DNA from: an uncultured Bdellovibrionales bacterium
GTDB taxonomy: Bacteria; Patescibacteriota; Minisyncoccia; Moranbacterales; UBA1568
Assembly: GCA_964543815.1 (NCBI GenBank)
Contig: CAZIZG010000005.1
Location: 9,424-73,423 of the forward strand
Direction of reading: 5' to 3'
Length of the DNA: 64,000 bases
Part shown: positions 1 to 10,123 of the stretch, piece by piece
Position numbering within the stretch: position 1 is the stretch's first letter
How the letters are laid out: every line of letters starts with the position of its first letter
The notes under the pieces: model-generated
The model's database searches: none
Told to the model about the DNA's origin: nothing
What the model saw: the letters and a program-made list of their open reading frames with translations, nothing else
Position numbers and translations under genes: made by a program

Positions 1-1725
1 GTGTCATATTTCTTTTTTATGCCTCAGTGGAAGTACAAAATACAGGTGTTATCCGAGAGTACGGGACAGGAGGAGTTTCATCCGGTGACGGAGGCGCTCT
101 TATATGACCGGGGATACCGGACCAAAGAATCGCGGGAGGAATTTTTGGCCCCCAATTTTGATCGGGATATTCATGACCCGTTTCTTTTTCTCGATATGGA
201 GAAAATCGTGGCACGACTCGGTGATGCACGTAAGAATCTAGAAACCGTAGGTGTTTTTGGTGACTTTGATGCTGATGGCGTGACCTCGTCCGTCATCATG
301 CGGGAGGCACTCCAGGCTATCGGAGTTCCGGTTGAAGTCTATATTCCCGAAAAGGTCAATGAGGGCCATGGCTTTAATTTGCTCGCGGTAGATTTTTTTG
401 AGAGTAAGGGTATCAAACTTGTTTTGACGCTTGATTGTGGCATCATGAATCATGAGGTGATTGCTGAAGCGAAGCGGCGTGGTATTGCTACCATTGTCAT
501 CGATCACCATCACGTGCCGGAGGTGATGCCTGATGCTTATGCGATCGTCAACCCCAAGGTACCAACCGAAACCTATCCCTTTCGGGAACTCTGCGGAGCC
601 GGAACGAGCTTCAAGGTGGCCCAGGCTTTGTATCAGCGTTACCTGCCGAAAGAAGTGGATCAGCTCAAATGGTTGCTGGATGTGGTGGCCACTGGTACGG
701 TGGCCGATGTCATGCCACTTATCGGCGAGAACCGCTGTATCGTGAAGTACGGTCTCATAGTGCTTTCTAAAACACGACGCATTGGGTTTCAAGAGATGTT
801 TGCTGTGGGGCGCATCAAGATTGATGAACAGAATTTACCTGATGCCCGGATGATAGGATTTCAAATCGCACCACGAATCAATGCGGCGTCACGAATGGCT
901 CATGCCATGCTGGCTCACCGTCTCCTCATGGAGCGCAATCAGGCAGAAGCTCGAGTGCTGGCACTTGAGCTTGATGACTGTAACGTCAGGCGTCAGAAAG
1001 TGAGTACCGAAGTAACTGATCAGGTGCGCAAAATCGCCCTTGAAAAATTTTTCGATAAAAAATTTATTTTTGCGGCTGATGAACATTTCCCCTATGGAGT
1101 AGTGGGTCTCATCGCTGGTCGGATTGCGAACGAATTCCATAAACCAACCTGTGTCATGACGCGAGGTGAAGTGACGAGCACCGGGTCGTTTCGGAGTATT
1201 CCCGAACTCAATATTATTGAAACCCTTGAGGAGTGCGGCGATATGCTTGAGAAATTTGGTGGTCATGCCCAGGCAGCTGGTATGACTATCCGAAATGACC
1301 GGATGGAGGAATTTTATGAAAAATTTAATGCTTTGGTAGAGAAGAAACTCGTAGATGTGGTGACGGAACCGGAGCAGTGGATCGACCTCGTGGTGAGGCC
1401 CGAGCATCTCACTTCCAAACTGGCGCGGGATCTGCGTGCCTTTGCTCCTTTTGGCGAGGGAAATCCGGAGCCAGTTTTTGCTCTCATGAACATGGTGGTA
1501 CGTGAGGCGCGATTGGTAGGAAATGGCTCCAAACACTGGAAGCTCTCTTTGGTAGAGCAAGGAGGTATCAAGTGTTTCGATGCTATTGGCTTCTCATTTG
1601 GTCAGGCCTTCCCGGACTTGAAGGAGAATGACGTGCTCGATGTGGCCTGTACCCTTGATGAAAATACCTGGAATGGATCGACCTCGCTTCAGCTCAAGCT
1701 GGTCGACATCAAGCGGAAAGATTGA
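1..1725 (+). CDS. recJ: Single-stranded-DNA-specific exonuclease RecJ (DHH/DHHA1 family). It begins with GTG at the window edge, so the 5' end may be truncated.
   Basis: 574-aa ORF with DHH-family motifs (DFDADGVTS, IVIDHHH) and a C-terminal OB-like region typical of RecJ. Confidence 0.85.
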   Translation: MSYFFFMPQWKYKIQVLSESTGQEEFHPVTEALLYDRGYRTKESREEFLAPNFDRDIHDPFLFLDMEKIVARLGDARKNLETVGVFGDFDADGVTSSVIMREALQAIGVPVEVYIPEKVNEGHGFNLLAVDFFESKGIKLVLTLDCGIMNHEVIAEAKRRGIATIVIDHHHVPEVMPDAYAIVNPKVPTETYPFRELCGAGTSFKVAQALYQRYLPKEVDQLKWLLDVVATGTVADVMPLIGENRCIVKYGLIVLSKTRRIGFQEMFAVGRIKIDEQNLPDARMIGFQIAPRINAASRMAHAMLAHRLLMERNQAEARVLALELDDCNVRRQKVSTEVTDQVRKIALEKFFDKKFIFAADEHFPYGVVGLIAGRIANEFHKPTCVMTRGEVTSTGSFRSIPELNIIETLEECGDMLEKFGGHAQAAGMTIRNDRMEEFYEKFNALVEKKLVDVVTEPEQWIDLVVRPEHLTSKLARDLRAFAPFGEGNPEPVFALMNMVVREARLVGNGSKHWKLSLVEQGGIKCFDAIGFSFGQAFPDLKENDVLDVACTLDENTWNGSTSLQLKLVDIKRKD

Positions 1726-1747
1726 TTTTCTGATACAATAGGGTTAT

Positions 1748-2176
1748 ATGGAAAAAATTGTTATGTACAGCGATGGGGGGTCACGAGGAAATCCGGGACC
1801 GGCGGCAACAGGTGTCTATATTGAGACGCTTGATGTAGCATTTGGTGAATTCCTTGGGACAAAAACTAATAACGAAGCCGAGTACAGCGCTATCATCGCA
1901 GGGCTTAAAAAGATTAAGGCGCTCATCGGCAAGGAGAAAGCCAAGAAAACGAAGGTAGAGTGTCGGATGGACTCGGAACTGGCTTGTAAGCAGCTCAATC
2001 ACGTGTATAAGATAGAGAACGAAAAACTCCAACCTCTTTTTTTTCAGGTCTGGAATCTCATGCTCGATTTTTCGGAAGTACAGTTCGTGCATGTCAGGCG
2101 GGAACTCAATACTCGGGCTGACGCTGAAGCCAACAAAGCCATGGATCTCGCCGCCAAACAAACACCACTTCTCTAA
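1748..2176 (+). CDS. rnhA: Ribonuclease HI
   Basis: 142 aa; N-terminal SDGGSRGNPGPAA motif and conserved acidic residues typical of type-1 RNase H. Confidence 0.85.
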   Translation: MEKIVMYSDGGSRGNPGPAATGVYIETLDVAFGEFLGTKTNNEAEYSAIIAGLKKIKALIGKEKAKKTKVECRMDSELACKQLNHVYKIENEKLQPLFFQVWNLMLDFSEVQFVHVRRELNTRADAEANKAMDLAAKQTPLL

Positions 2177-2179
2177 ACT

Positions 2180-3181
2180 ATGTTTACTAAGAAAAAAATC
2201 ATTATCGCCATCCTCGTCATCGTTGCCATAGTCGGCGGGTATTATTTTTTTACACGGCGTGATACGGCGGTGGCAGTGCAAACGGAAACAGTGAAGCGGG
2301 GTGACGTATCGGAAACAGTGAGCGTGACCGGAGAGCTCGTGCCTGAGGAATATGCTGATTTATCGTTTGCTAGCGCCGGGACGATTGATGCGGTTATGGT
2401 AGCGGTTGGCGACAGCGTGACGGAGGGCGATCGAATAGTTTCGCTTGATCGTGAGGTGCTCTTTTCTCAGTTGAAAGAGGCTCGCGTCGTTGCCAGAGTG
2501 GCAGAGCAGACGGAACAGTTGCTTCGTCGAGGACGGACCAATTACGCCCCTGAGGAATTGATGGCCAAGAAACTGCTGTCTGAGCAAGCTCGGGAGAACG
2601 TCCGTACCCTTGAAGCCCAGATGAAAGAAAATGTTTTGATATCGCCGATGACTGGACAGATTTCCAAGTTTGATACTCGAGTGGGCGAGGTAGTAACACT
2701 CGGCAAGGTAATCGCTCGTGTCATCAAACCAGGGAGTTATCTTCTCGAATCACGGGTGCCGGAATCGGATATCGCCAAGATACAAATTGGGATGAAAGCG
2801 CGAATTACCTTCGATGCACTCACGAATGAAGACGTGTTTGAGGGTGCCGTAGAGAGTATTGATCCAGCGGCAACGGTTGTTCAGGATGTGGTGTCCTATA
2901 AGGTAAAGTTTCGCCTGTCTCATTCTGATGAGCGTCTGAAAGAAGGCATGACAGGAAACATTGATGTGGAGACGGCTGAGCGTCAGAACGTGCTCTGGGT
3001 ACCTTATCGAGCCCTTACCAAAGAAGGATCGAAGACCTACGCCGAGGTAAAGCGTGGGCCAACCAACTTTGAAAAAGTGGAAGTAACGACTGGCTTGGAA
3101 GGTGATGAGGGAACCATCGAGGTAAAGACCGGGCTGAAAGAAGGGGATGAGGTGACTATTGGTGCGACCCAGAAAAAATGA
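2180..3181 (+). CDS. HlyD/MacA-family periplasmic adaptor subunit of a tripartite efflux pump
   Basis: 333 aa with an N-terminal TM anchor, coiled-coil region and lipoyl/beta-barrel pattern; immediately upstream of a MacB-type ATPase and permeases. Confidence 0.75.
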   Translation: MFTKKKIIIAILVIVAIVGGYYFFTRRDTAVAVQTETVKRGDVSETVSVTGELVPEEYADLSFASAGTIDAVMVAVGDSVTEGDRIVSLDREVLFSQLKEARVVARVAEQTEQLLRRGRTNYAPEELMAKKLLSEQARENVRTLEAQMKENVLISPMTGQISKFDTRVGEVVTLGKVIARVIKPGSYLLESRVPESDIAKIQIGMKARITFDALTNEDVFEGAVESIDPAATVVQDVVSYKVKFRLSHSDERLKEGMTGNIDVETAERQNVLWVPYRALTKEGSKTYAEVKRGPTNFEKVEVTTGLEGDEGTIEVKTGLKEGDEVTIGATQKK

Positions 3182-3900
3182 GTTTGATTGCTGTCAACAA
3201 CTTAGAAAAGGTCTACTCGAATGAAGGAGTAGAAACGAGGGCTCTTTTTGGAGCGAACTTTTCTATTGAAAAGGGAGAGTTTATCGCTATCATGGGACCG
3301 TCGGGATCGGGCAAGTCGACCTTGATGCAGGTTTTAGGGCTCCTTGATAGGGCTACTGGAGGTAGTTACAAGCTTGGCGGTAAGGATGTGGCTCAATTTA
3401 CTGATGATGAATTGGCACGTCTGCGCAACAAAGAGGTAGGGTTTATTTTTCAGGCATTCAACCTTCTTCCCAAGACCAGCGTGGCAGAAAATGTTGAATT
3501 GCCTCTTCTGTACGATGATACCCCTGATTCTTCCAATGAAAAACGGATTGAAGAAGCATTGTTGGCGGTAGGTATGTCTCATCGAGCGACGTATCTTTCG
3601 AACCAGCTTTCTGGTGGCGAAAAGCAGCGAGTGGCTATCGCTCGTGCCCTGGTCAATAATCCGGAGATTATTTTTGCTGATGAACCAACTGGAAACCTGG
3701 ATTCCAAATCAGGATTGCAGGTGATGGCTATTTTGCAAAAACTCAATGATGAGGGAAAAACTATTATCCTCGTGACGCATGAGACATCAACGGCCGAGCA
3801 CGCTAAACGTATTTTGCGTATGGTTGATGGTCAGATTGTAGGCGATGAAGTGGTGCCCAGACGACGTTTGGCCTCTGCTGAAACTGAACTGCTCAAGTAG
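3178..3900 (+). CDS. ABC transporter ATP-binding protein (MacB/LolD-like)
   Basis: Walker [10 protein letters not shown], signature [15 protein letters not shown] and Walker [13 protein letters not shown]; start overlaps the upstream stop by 4 nt. Confidence 0.9.
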   Translation: MSLIAVNNLEKVYSNEGVETRALFGANFSIEKGEFIAIMGPSGSGKSTLMQVLGLLDRATGGSYKLGGKDVAQFTDDELARLRNKEVGFIFQAFNLLPKTSVAENVELPLLYDDTPDSSNEKRIEEALLAVGMSHRATYLSNQLSGGEKQRVAIARALVNNPEIIFADEPTGNLDSKSGLQVMAILQKLNDEGKTIILVTHETSTAEHAKRILRMVDGQIVGDEVVPRRRLASAETELLK

Positions 3901-3924
3901 CAAGCGTTTGTATTACTCTACGGT

Positions 3925-5166
3925 ATGAAATTTTCTGACCCGATGAAGATAACCTATCGGTCGCTTGCCGCCTCGAAACTCCGGTTTCTTTTGACAGTGC
4001 TCGGTGTGGTGATCGGAGTGGCCGCTGTCATCATGGTGATGGCCATCGGGGCGAGTGCTCAGAAGCTGGTGTTGTCACAGATTGAAAATGTTGGCTCCAA
4101 TCTCGTCGCTATTCTTCCTGGAGCTTCAGAGGAAAAAGGACCGCCGGCTTCAGCACTCGGTATTGTCACAACCACTCTCAAAAATGATGATTTACGTGCG
4201 CTCCGGGAACGACGCAATGTTCCACATCTTTCGGCAGTAACTGGTTATGTCAGTGGTTCGGCTACCGTAGAATCAAGCGTGGCCTCGTTTGAAGCGAGTT
4301 TCCAGGGAGTATCGCCAGAGATGATTGAAGTAGAAAATATTAAGGTAGAACAGGGGCGGTTTTTCTTTCCAGAAGAAGAGAGTGATCTGTCTCGGGTGGT
4401 GGTGCTGGGAGCGAGTCGGGCGGACGATCTCTTTCCTGGACGTAATCCGATTGGAGAAATTGTGAAGATTAAAAAGAATCCATTTAAAGTAGTAGGGGTA
4501 CTTGAGGAGCGCGGATCAGCCGCTTTTTCCAATCCCGACACCCTCATTTTTGTTCCCCTTGAGACCGCTCAGAAGATACTACTTGGTATTGACTATCTGA
4601 ACTTTGCTCGTGGGAAAGTGGATACTCCTGATAATATCGAACGGACCATGGCTGATATGACGCTACTCCTTCGGAAACGTCATGATCTCAAGGAGAATGA
4701 GGAATCTGATTTTTCTGTCCGCAGTACCAAGGCAGCACTCGGTATTCTCACGAGTATTACTGATGTGCTCAAGTATTTTCTGATTGCTATTGCCTCCATT
4801 TCTCTTTTGGTAGGAGGGATTGGTATTATGAACTCCATGCTTATTTCGGTGTCGCAACGGATTCGAGAAATCGGTTTGCGGAAAGCTGTGGGAGGGAGAC
4901 CGGTCCATATCATGACGCAGTTTCTCATCGAATCGTCTTTTGTGACACTCATCGGTGGGGTTATCGGAATTCTGTTTGGTGTTCTCATCGCCTACGTAGC
5001 CGCGCTTATCATTCCGAGTCTAGGATATGATTGGCAGTTCTTGGTACCGCTCTCATCGATTGTCATTGGATTTTCCGTTTCACTCGTTATTGGAATTACG
5101 TTTGGTCTTTACCCGGCTTTCAAAGCTTCTCGAGTCAGTCCGATGGAAGCACTCCGTTATGAATAA
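3925..5166 (+). CDS. ABC transporter permease, MacB/FtsX family (first copy)
   Basis: 413 aa with an N-terminal TM helix, large periplasmic domain and C-terminal FtsX-like 3-TM bundle (GIMNSMLISVSQRIREIGLRKAVG). Confidence 0.8.
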   Translation: MKFSDPMKITYRSLAASKLRFLLTVLGVVIGVAAVIMVMAIGASAQKLVLSQIENVGSNLVAILPGASEEKGPPASALGIVTTTLKNDDLRALRERRNVPHLSAVTGYVSGSATVESSVASFEASFQGVSPEMIEVENIKVEQGRFFFPEEESDLSRVVVLGASRADDLFPGRNPIGEIVKIKKNPFKVVGVLEERGSAAFSNPDTLIFVPLETAQKILLGIDYLNFARGKVDTPDNIERTMADMTLLLRKRHDLKENEESDFSVRSTKAALGILTSITDVLKYFLIAIASISLLVGGIGIMNSMLISVSQRIREIGLRKAVGGRPVHIMTQFLIESSFVTLIGGVIGILFGVLIAYVAALIIPSLGYDWQFLVPLSSIVIGFSVSLVIGITFGLYPAFKASRVSPMEALRYE

Positions 5167-6415
5167 AAAACACTTCATCCCATTTTTCTTTGCGATTCAG
5201 ACGATTCGTACTCACAAAGCACGAACAGCTTTGGCGCTCCTGGGAGTAGTGATTGGTGTCTTTGCGGTAGTAGTAGTGACGAGTCTCGGCGAGGGAGTTA
5301 AAGGTTTTATTTTGGGACAGGTAGAAAGTTTCGGGAGCGATCTTATCCAGGTGGAAGTCAAAATTCCCAACACAACCGCCATGTCGAGTGAGAACTCAAC
5401 TGGTCGAGCCCAAGGGACTCAGATTACGACGCTTACTGTCAAAGATGGTGAAGCTATTGAAAAACTTCCTAATGTGGCAGCGGTCTACGCTGGCACTATC
5501 GGACAGGAGCGGGCCACGTATGACGCAACCGGGAAGCGTATCTCACTTTTTGGAACCGGAGCGGATGTGGCTGAAGTAGACAGTAATTTGAAACTTGAGA
5601 GCGGGCGCTTCTTTACGAGTGAAGAGGACAGGAGTCTCGCTCAAGTGGCGGTGCTCGGGAGTGATATCAAAGAAACGTTTTTTGGATCGAGTGAAGCGGT
5701 CGGGCAGTATATTACTCTCAAAGGGGAGAAATATCGAGTTATTGGTGTTTTGGCATCTCGGGGAGCGGTGGCCTTTCTTAATTTCGATACCTTTACCTAT
5801 GTGCCAGTTCAGACGCTACAAAAAAAGTTGCTGGGAGTGGACTACGTGCAGTTTATTTCTGTTAAAATGGAAAATCCGAATCAAGAGGCTGAAACGGTAG
5901 CTGATATCGTAGCTCTGCTTCGAAAGCGTCACGATATTGATAATCCCGACAAAGATGATTTTTCGGTTACCTCAACCAAGGAAGCGCAAAAAACTTTCAG
6001 CGATATCTTGGGATCACTTTCGATACTGCTCCTCGCTCTCACCTCCATCTCACTCGTAGTTGGTGGGGTTGGTATCATGAACGTCATGTACGTATCGGTT
6101 TCTGAACGTACTTCGGAGATTGGGCTGCGTAAAGCAGTAGGGGCAACATCAGGCAGTATTTTGCAACAGTTTTTGTTTGAGGCACTCATCATCACGCTGG
6201 TCGGAGGACTTATCGGGATTCTGTTTGGGACACTCCTGACACTGCTCCTTGGTGTTGTTTTTGCCTCGTTTGGCTTTGCTTTGCCACTCTCGTTTTCTGG
6301 ACAGTCATTTCTCTTGGGAGTGGGGTTTTCGACCGCAGTGGGGATTATTTTTGGTCTGGCGCCGGCCTATCGGGCAGCCTCACTTACTCCGATGGAAGCC
6401 CTCCGTAAGGATTGA
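5159..6415 (+). CDS. ABC transporter permease, MacB/FtsX family (second copy)
   Basis: Same architecture as the first copy (GIMNVMYVSVSERTSEIGLRKAVG); the ATG at 5159 overlaps the upstream stop, so the six-frame ORF start at 5027 is rejected. Confidence 0.8.
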   Translation: MNKKHFIPFFFAIQTIRTHKARTALALLGVVIGVFAVVVVTSLGEGVKGFILGQVESFGSDLIQVEVKIPNTTAMSSENSTGRAQGTQITTLTVKDGEAIEKLPNVAAVYAGTIGQERATYDATGKRISLFGTGADVAEVDSNLKLESGRFFTSEEDRSLAQVAVLGSDIKETFFGSSEAVGQYITLKGEKYRVIGVLASRGAVAFLNFDTFTYVPVQTLQKKLLGVDYVQFISVKMENPNQEAETVADIVALLRKRHDIDNPDKDDFSVTSTKEAQKTFSDILGSLSILLLALTSISLVVGGVGIMNVMYVSVSERTSEIGLRKAVGATSGSILQQFLFEALIITLVGGLIGILFGTLLTLLLGVVFASFGFALPLSFSGQSFLLGVGFSTAVGIIFGLAPAYRAASLTPMEALRKD

Positions 6416-6504
6416 CAGTATAGTAAAAAAATGCTATACTATTTTGTCCAGTTTGGACATGTTTTTTATTCCGTCATTGTGACGGAATCAACCAGGAGTC
6501 CTTC

Positions 6505-6864
6505 ATGAACGTACGTGCTTTGGTGGCTGCGGTTGCAGTCACGGTCTCGTTTTCCAGCACAGCTGAAACCATCCTCCTTACCAAGGAGGGCGGTGCGCTC
6601 GACACGCCTACCGTGGCGACGCTCCTCATCGAGTTTCGTCCCAAGCCGGGTGTGAAGGACGAAGCGGCTAAGAAGCTGTTTGAAACAGCTCTCTACGCTT
6701 CTTACGACGAGCCGGGTCAGTTCACTGGCGGCGAGGATTTGCCGCGGTGCGTTCGAACCAAGGCAGCTGCCAACGGCTATGGCACATGGGTGCGCCGAGT
6801 GGTGACAAAAGCCAAGGTGCCGGTGTGGGTCACCAGAATCACCTACAACTGCATCAAGAAATGA
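6505..6864 (+). CDS. Hypothetical small secreted protein in a GC-rich segment
   Basis: 119 aa with an N-terminal signal-peptide-like segment; AGGAG Shine-Dalgarno 6 nt upstream; sampled GC about 55-65% against flanks in the 40s. Confidence 0.55.
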   Translation: MNVRALVAAVAVTVSFSSTAETILLTKEGGALDTPTVATLLIEFRPKPGVKDEAAKKLFETALYASYDEPGQFTGGEDLPRCVRTKAAANGYGTWVRRVVTKAKVPVWVTRITYNCIKK

Positions 6865-6908
6865 GACTTCAGAGGTCGTAATCAGCCGGCCACTCAGGTC
6901 AGTCAATA

Positions 6909-6955
6909 AAAGGGTCACTACCATTGGCCGTGACCCTTCTTCATTTTATTTTTGA
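6909..6955. terminator. Bidirectional rho-independent terminator between convergent genes
   Basis: AAAGGGTCAC / GTGACCCTT stem with 11-nt loop; T-run follows on the plus strand and an A-run precedes it (T-run on the minus strand). Confidence 0.55.
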
Positions 6956-9060
6956 TACATCTTGCGGATATCATCAATCGAGAGAGTGGCGCTCTCGGGT
7001 ATATCATTGAGGGTATCGGCGCTCTCCGCTCTATAGGTGGTGATGCGATTCTTTTTCATTTTTTTCGCTTTACTTTCGGGAATCTCTCGTCCGGTTTTTT
7101 TGTCGATGTAGATGGTTTTGCTACTCATCGAATCAAGAGGGCTCGCCAGATGCTTGTCGGACTCTTCTTTGTAGGCGGTAAAGCCGGTTTCGGGATATTG
7201 CTTCAGGGCGGTATTCATGAAATCACGCCAGATGGGAGCGGCAACGAAGATGCCATCAGCTCCGGCATGCATCGGGTGATTATTATTGTTGCCAGCCCAG
7301 ACGGCGACGGCGATGGATGGGGTGTAACCAACGGTCCAGGCGTCGCGGAAATTTTGCGTGGTACCAGTCTTGGCAGCAACTTGTACGCCAGCTGGAAAAG
7401 CGAGCGGACTCTTTGGTCCAAAGATGGGCGTGCGGGCGGCATTGTCCGAGAGGATGGAGCTAATTTTTCTGGCTACTTCTGGATCAAGGACCTGCTTCGA
7501 TTCTAGGAGTTCACGTTTTGCAACTTCGTGACCGTTTCGATCGATGAGGCGGGTGATGGTGGTAGTGGGATGGTTTTTTCCTTCTTGTCCAAAGACGGAA
7601 AAGGCGTTGGCCATATCAAGCGGTCGGACCTCAGCGCCGCCCAAGACGAGTGAAAGGCCATAACGTTTGGGTTCGGTGAGGGTGGTGATACCGAGGTCGG
7701 TTGCGAGTTTGATAGTATCCGCGACACCAGCCAGGGCGAGCGTTTGGACAGCTGGAATATTGAGAGATTGGGCGAGTGCCTGGCGCATGGTCAAGCGTCC
7801 ATGAAATTTTCCGTCGTAGTTTTGGGGGATATAGTCACGACCAGAACCATCGGGACCGAAGTTGGTGAGGGTATCAATGAGAGGTGTTTCTGGTTGAAAG
7901 CCCTTGGTAAAGGCTGTGGCGTAGGCAAATGGTTTGAAGGCAGATCCTGGTTGACGTTTTTCCAACGTAACATTGACATTGCCGTCGATACTTTGGTCAA
8001 AGTAGTCACGCGAACCAACCATGGCAAGAACATCGCCGTTTTTGGCATCGATGGCCACGAGGGCAGCATTACTGGCTCCATGGCTTAGGTTACGCTTCCC
8101 ACCTTCTTGCACGGCTTGTTCAGCGGCTCTCTGAAGATTGAGATCAAGGGTGGTGATGATATGAAGCCCTTTGGTCTGCAGTTCAGATTCGGAATACTGT
8201 TTCTTTAGTTCATCAATGACTGCAAAGACAAAATGGGGGGCGATAATGGAGGTTGTTCTGGGAATAATTTTGGCAAGAGTATCGCCTTCTTCAGCGGTAT
8301 GCCAGTCGTTTCGTGAAATGAAGCCGAGGGTATACATGCGTTCAAGGATATTTTGTTGCCTGGCTCTCAATTCCTCCTGATTGATGCTATAGGGTGAGAA
8401 ATACGTAGGAGCATTGGGAAGAGCAGCGAGCAGCGCACTTTCATCGAGGGAGAGTTCCTTGGCTGATTTCTGAAAAAACATGTGAGCAGCGGATTCGATG
8501 CCATAGGTGTTAGTGCCATAGGGAACCGTATTGAGATACAAATCAAGTACCTCATCCTTGTGAAGTGTGGCATCAATCTTGATAGCGAGAAGCGCTTCGC
8601 GCACTTTACGTTCGAGGGTACGTTCGTTATTTAGGAACAATGCGCGAGCGAGCTGCTGAGTGATAGTGGAGCCACCCTGTTCAATACGGCCACTCATGAC
8701 ATTGGCTCGAAGAGCGCGCAGAATAGAGAGAGGGTCGATGCCATGATGGGTGTAGAAACTAGCATCCTCGGAGGCGATAGTGGCGAGACGGACGGATTCT
8801 GGGATAGCGTCATGGTCCACCAGGATACGGTTTTCCTCGTCGTAGAGTCGATAGAGCTCGGTTTGTCCAGTCCGGTCGTAGAGGATAGTCGGGAGATGGA
8901 AGGGAAAGTTCCGAATCTGACTGATATCCGGTGTTCCGTAACGATAAATAAGGAAGAGGCCGATGATAATGCCGAGTATGGCGAGTAAGGCAAAAAAGAC
9001 CACTTCGGAAAGAATGGTCAGAAGTGGGCTTTTGAACTTAAAATGAGAGAGATTGAACAT
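6946..9060 (-). CDS. Class A penicillin-binding protein (bifunctional transglycosylase/transpeptidase, PBP1A-type)
   Basis: 704 aa with an N-terminal TM anchor, GT51 motifs (EDASFYTHHGID, GGSTITQQLAR) and transpeptidase motifs SAFKPF, SLN, KTGTT. Confidence 0.9.
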   Translation of the reverse strand: MFNLSHFKFKSPLLTILSEVVFFALLAILGIIIGLFLIYRYGTPDISQIRNFPFHLPTILYDRTGQTELYRLYDEENRILVDHDAIPESVRLATIASEDASFYTHHGIDPLSILRALRANVMSGRIEQGGSTITQQLARALFLNNERTLERKVREALLAIKIDATLHKDEVLDLYLNTVPYGTNTYGIESAAHMFFQKSAKELSLDESALLAALPNAPTYFSPYSINQEELRARQQNILERMYTLGFISRNDWHTAEEGDTLAKIIPRTTSIIAPHFVFAVIDELKKQYSESELQTKGLHIITTLDLNLQRAAEQAVQEGGKRNLSHGASNAALVAIDAKNGDVLAMVGSRDYFDQSIDGNVNVTLEKRQPGSAFKPFAYATAFTKGFQPETPLIDTLTNFGPDGSGRDYIPQNYDGKFHGRLTMRQALAQSLNIPAVQTLALAGVADTIKLATDLGITTLTEPKRYGLSLVLGGAEVRPLDMANAFSVFGQEGKNHPTTTITRLIDRNGHEVAKRELLESKQVLDPEVARKISSILSDNAARTPIFGPKSPLAFPAGVQVAAKTGTTQNFRDAWTVGYTPSIAVAVWAGNNNNHPMHAGADGIFVAAPIWRDFMNTALKQYPETGFTAYKEESDKHLASPLDSMSSKTIYIDKKTGREIPESKAKKMKKNRITTYRAESADTLNDIPESATLSIDDIRKMYQK

Positions 9061-9148
9061 GACGACACTTAGACTGAATTGAGGGTATTATGATACAGTA
9101 GAAGCATCCCAAGCTTCTGTCAACAAAAATCACTTTTCAAGTATTCTT

Positions 9149-9655
9149 ATGAAAATTCCAGTTCGTAAGTCGCTTTATTTTTTTCTTCGCTTCTTTAGTT
9201 TTCCGGTAGTGTGGGAGACATCAGTTGGGGCAGTGGTTTTCCGGATGGTGGACGGGAAGCGGCAGTATCTTCTCCTTCATTATCCGAGCGGTCACTATGA
9301 TTTTGCCAAAGGTCATGTGGAGGCGGGAGAAACTGAGGAAATGACGCTCAGGCGGGAAACAGAGGAGGAGACCGGTATCACGGATCTCGAAGTATTTCCT
9401 CACCGGGTGAGTATTCGCTATTTCTATGTGGCCAAGGGAACGGAGCGGGAGAAGCGGATCAAGCAGGTAGCGGGGCTGTGGATTTTCAAGGAAGTACACT
9501 TCTATCCAGCTCTGACCAAAACGGAAGGAGTGACCATTTCGCATGAACATCAGGGCTATGCTTGGGAGCCTTTTGAGGTAGCCAAGAAACGGGTCACCTT
9601 TGATAACGCCAAGCGGGTACTTCGTGAGACGGAGAAGTATCTTCAAGGGATATGA
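9149..9655 (+). CDS. NUDIX hydrolase
   Basis: NUDIX box GHVEAGETEEMTLRRETEEETGI. The true start may be downstream of 9149 because the N-terminal 30 aa look non-native. Confidence 0.75.
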   Translation: MKIPVRKSLYFFLRFFSFPVVWETSVGAVVFRMVDGKRQYLLLHYPSGHYDFAKGHVEAGETEEMTLRRETEEETGITDLEVFPHRVSIRYFYVAKGTEREKRIKQVAGLWIFKEVHFYPALTKTEGVTISHEHQGYAWEPFEVAKKRVTFDNAKRVLRETEKYLQGI

Positions 9656-9662
9656 AATAAAG

Positions 9663-9702
9663 AAGCCGTGCGGTAGAGTGATCTGATGCACGGCTTTTTT
9701 TG
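9663..9702 (+). terminator. Rho-independent terminator after the NUDIX gene
   Basis: AAGCCGTGC / GCACGGCTT stem followed by a T7 run. Confidence 0.6.
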
Positions 9703-9717
9703 CGGCGGTCGTGGCCG

Positions 9718-10040
9718 CTAGTAGGACATAGCGCGGAAATGTTCCTTGTCGTCTTCCGCCCGGCGCTTTCGCCACTGCTCCAATTCACCTTCGGTGACCC
9801 CGAGATTTTTCAGGGTATCCGTTCGGGCAGCTTCCTCTTCGGGATTGAGATCCATGAAGAGGTAGCTGGCAGTGCCCCATCCGGCGTGGCCAGAGCGGAG
9901 TGCCTCGACCGTACGGGAGAAAAACTGAACATTGTATGTGGGTTGCGGCACGACGTATCCCTTCGTGTTGTGGAGGTACTGGTAGCTATTGGTCTGAAAG
10001 GCGTGATTTCAGCCAATTTTATATTATACATCTAAAATAT
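9718..10040 (-). pseudogene. GC-rich C-terminal gene remnant with no start codon (possible relic of an acquired gene)
   Basis: An open frame of about 107 codons ending at TAG (9718-9720) with no in-frame ATG and an upstream in-frame stop; GC-rich codon usage unlike neighbours. The six-frame track reports only the GTG-initiated 77-aa part. Confidence 0.3.
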
Positions 10041-10123
10041 GAAAAAGTCAATAGTTGGACGACATTGGAATTCAGGGGAAAATACTTGATTTTTTAATGG
10101 AATCGGGGTATACTCCGTTTCCT

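Noticed and set aside
889-1560. 223-aa minus-strand ORF inside recJ
   Set aside because: It is antisense to the RecJ coding region, which has DHH motifs. It carries no independent signals.
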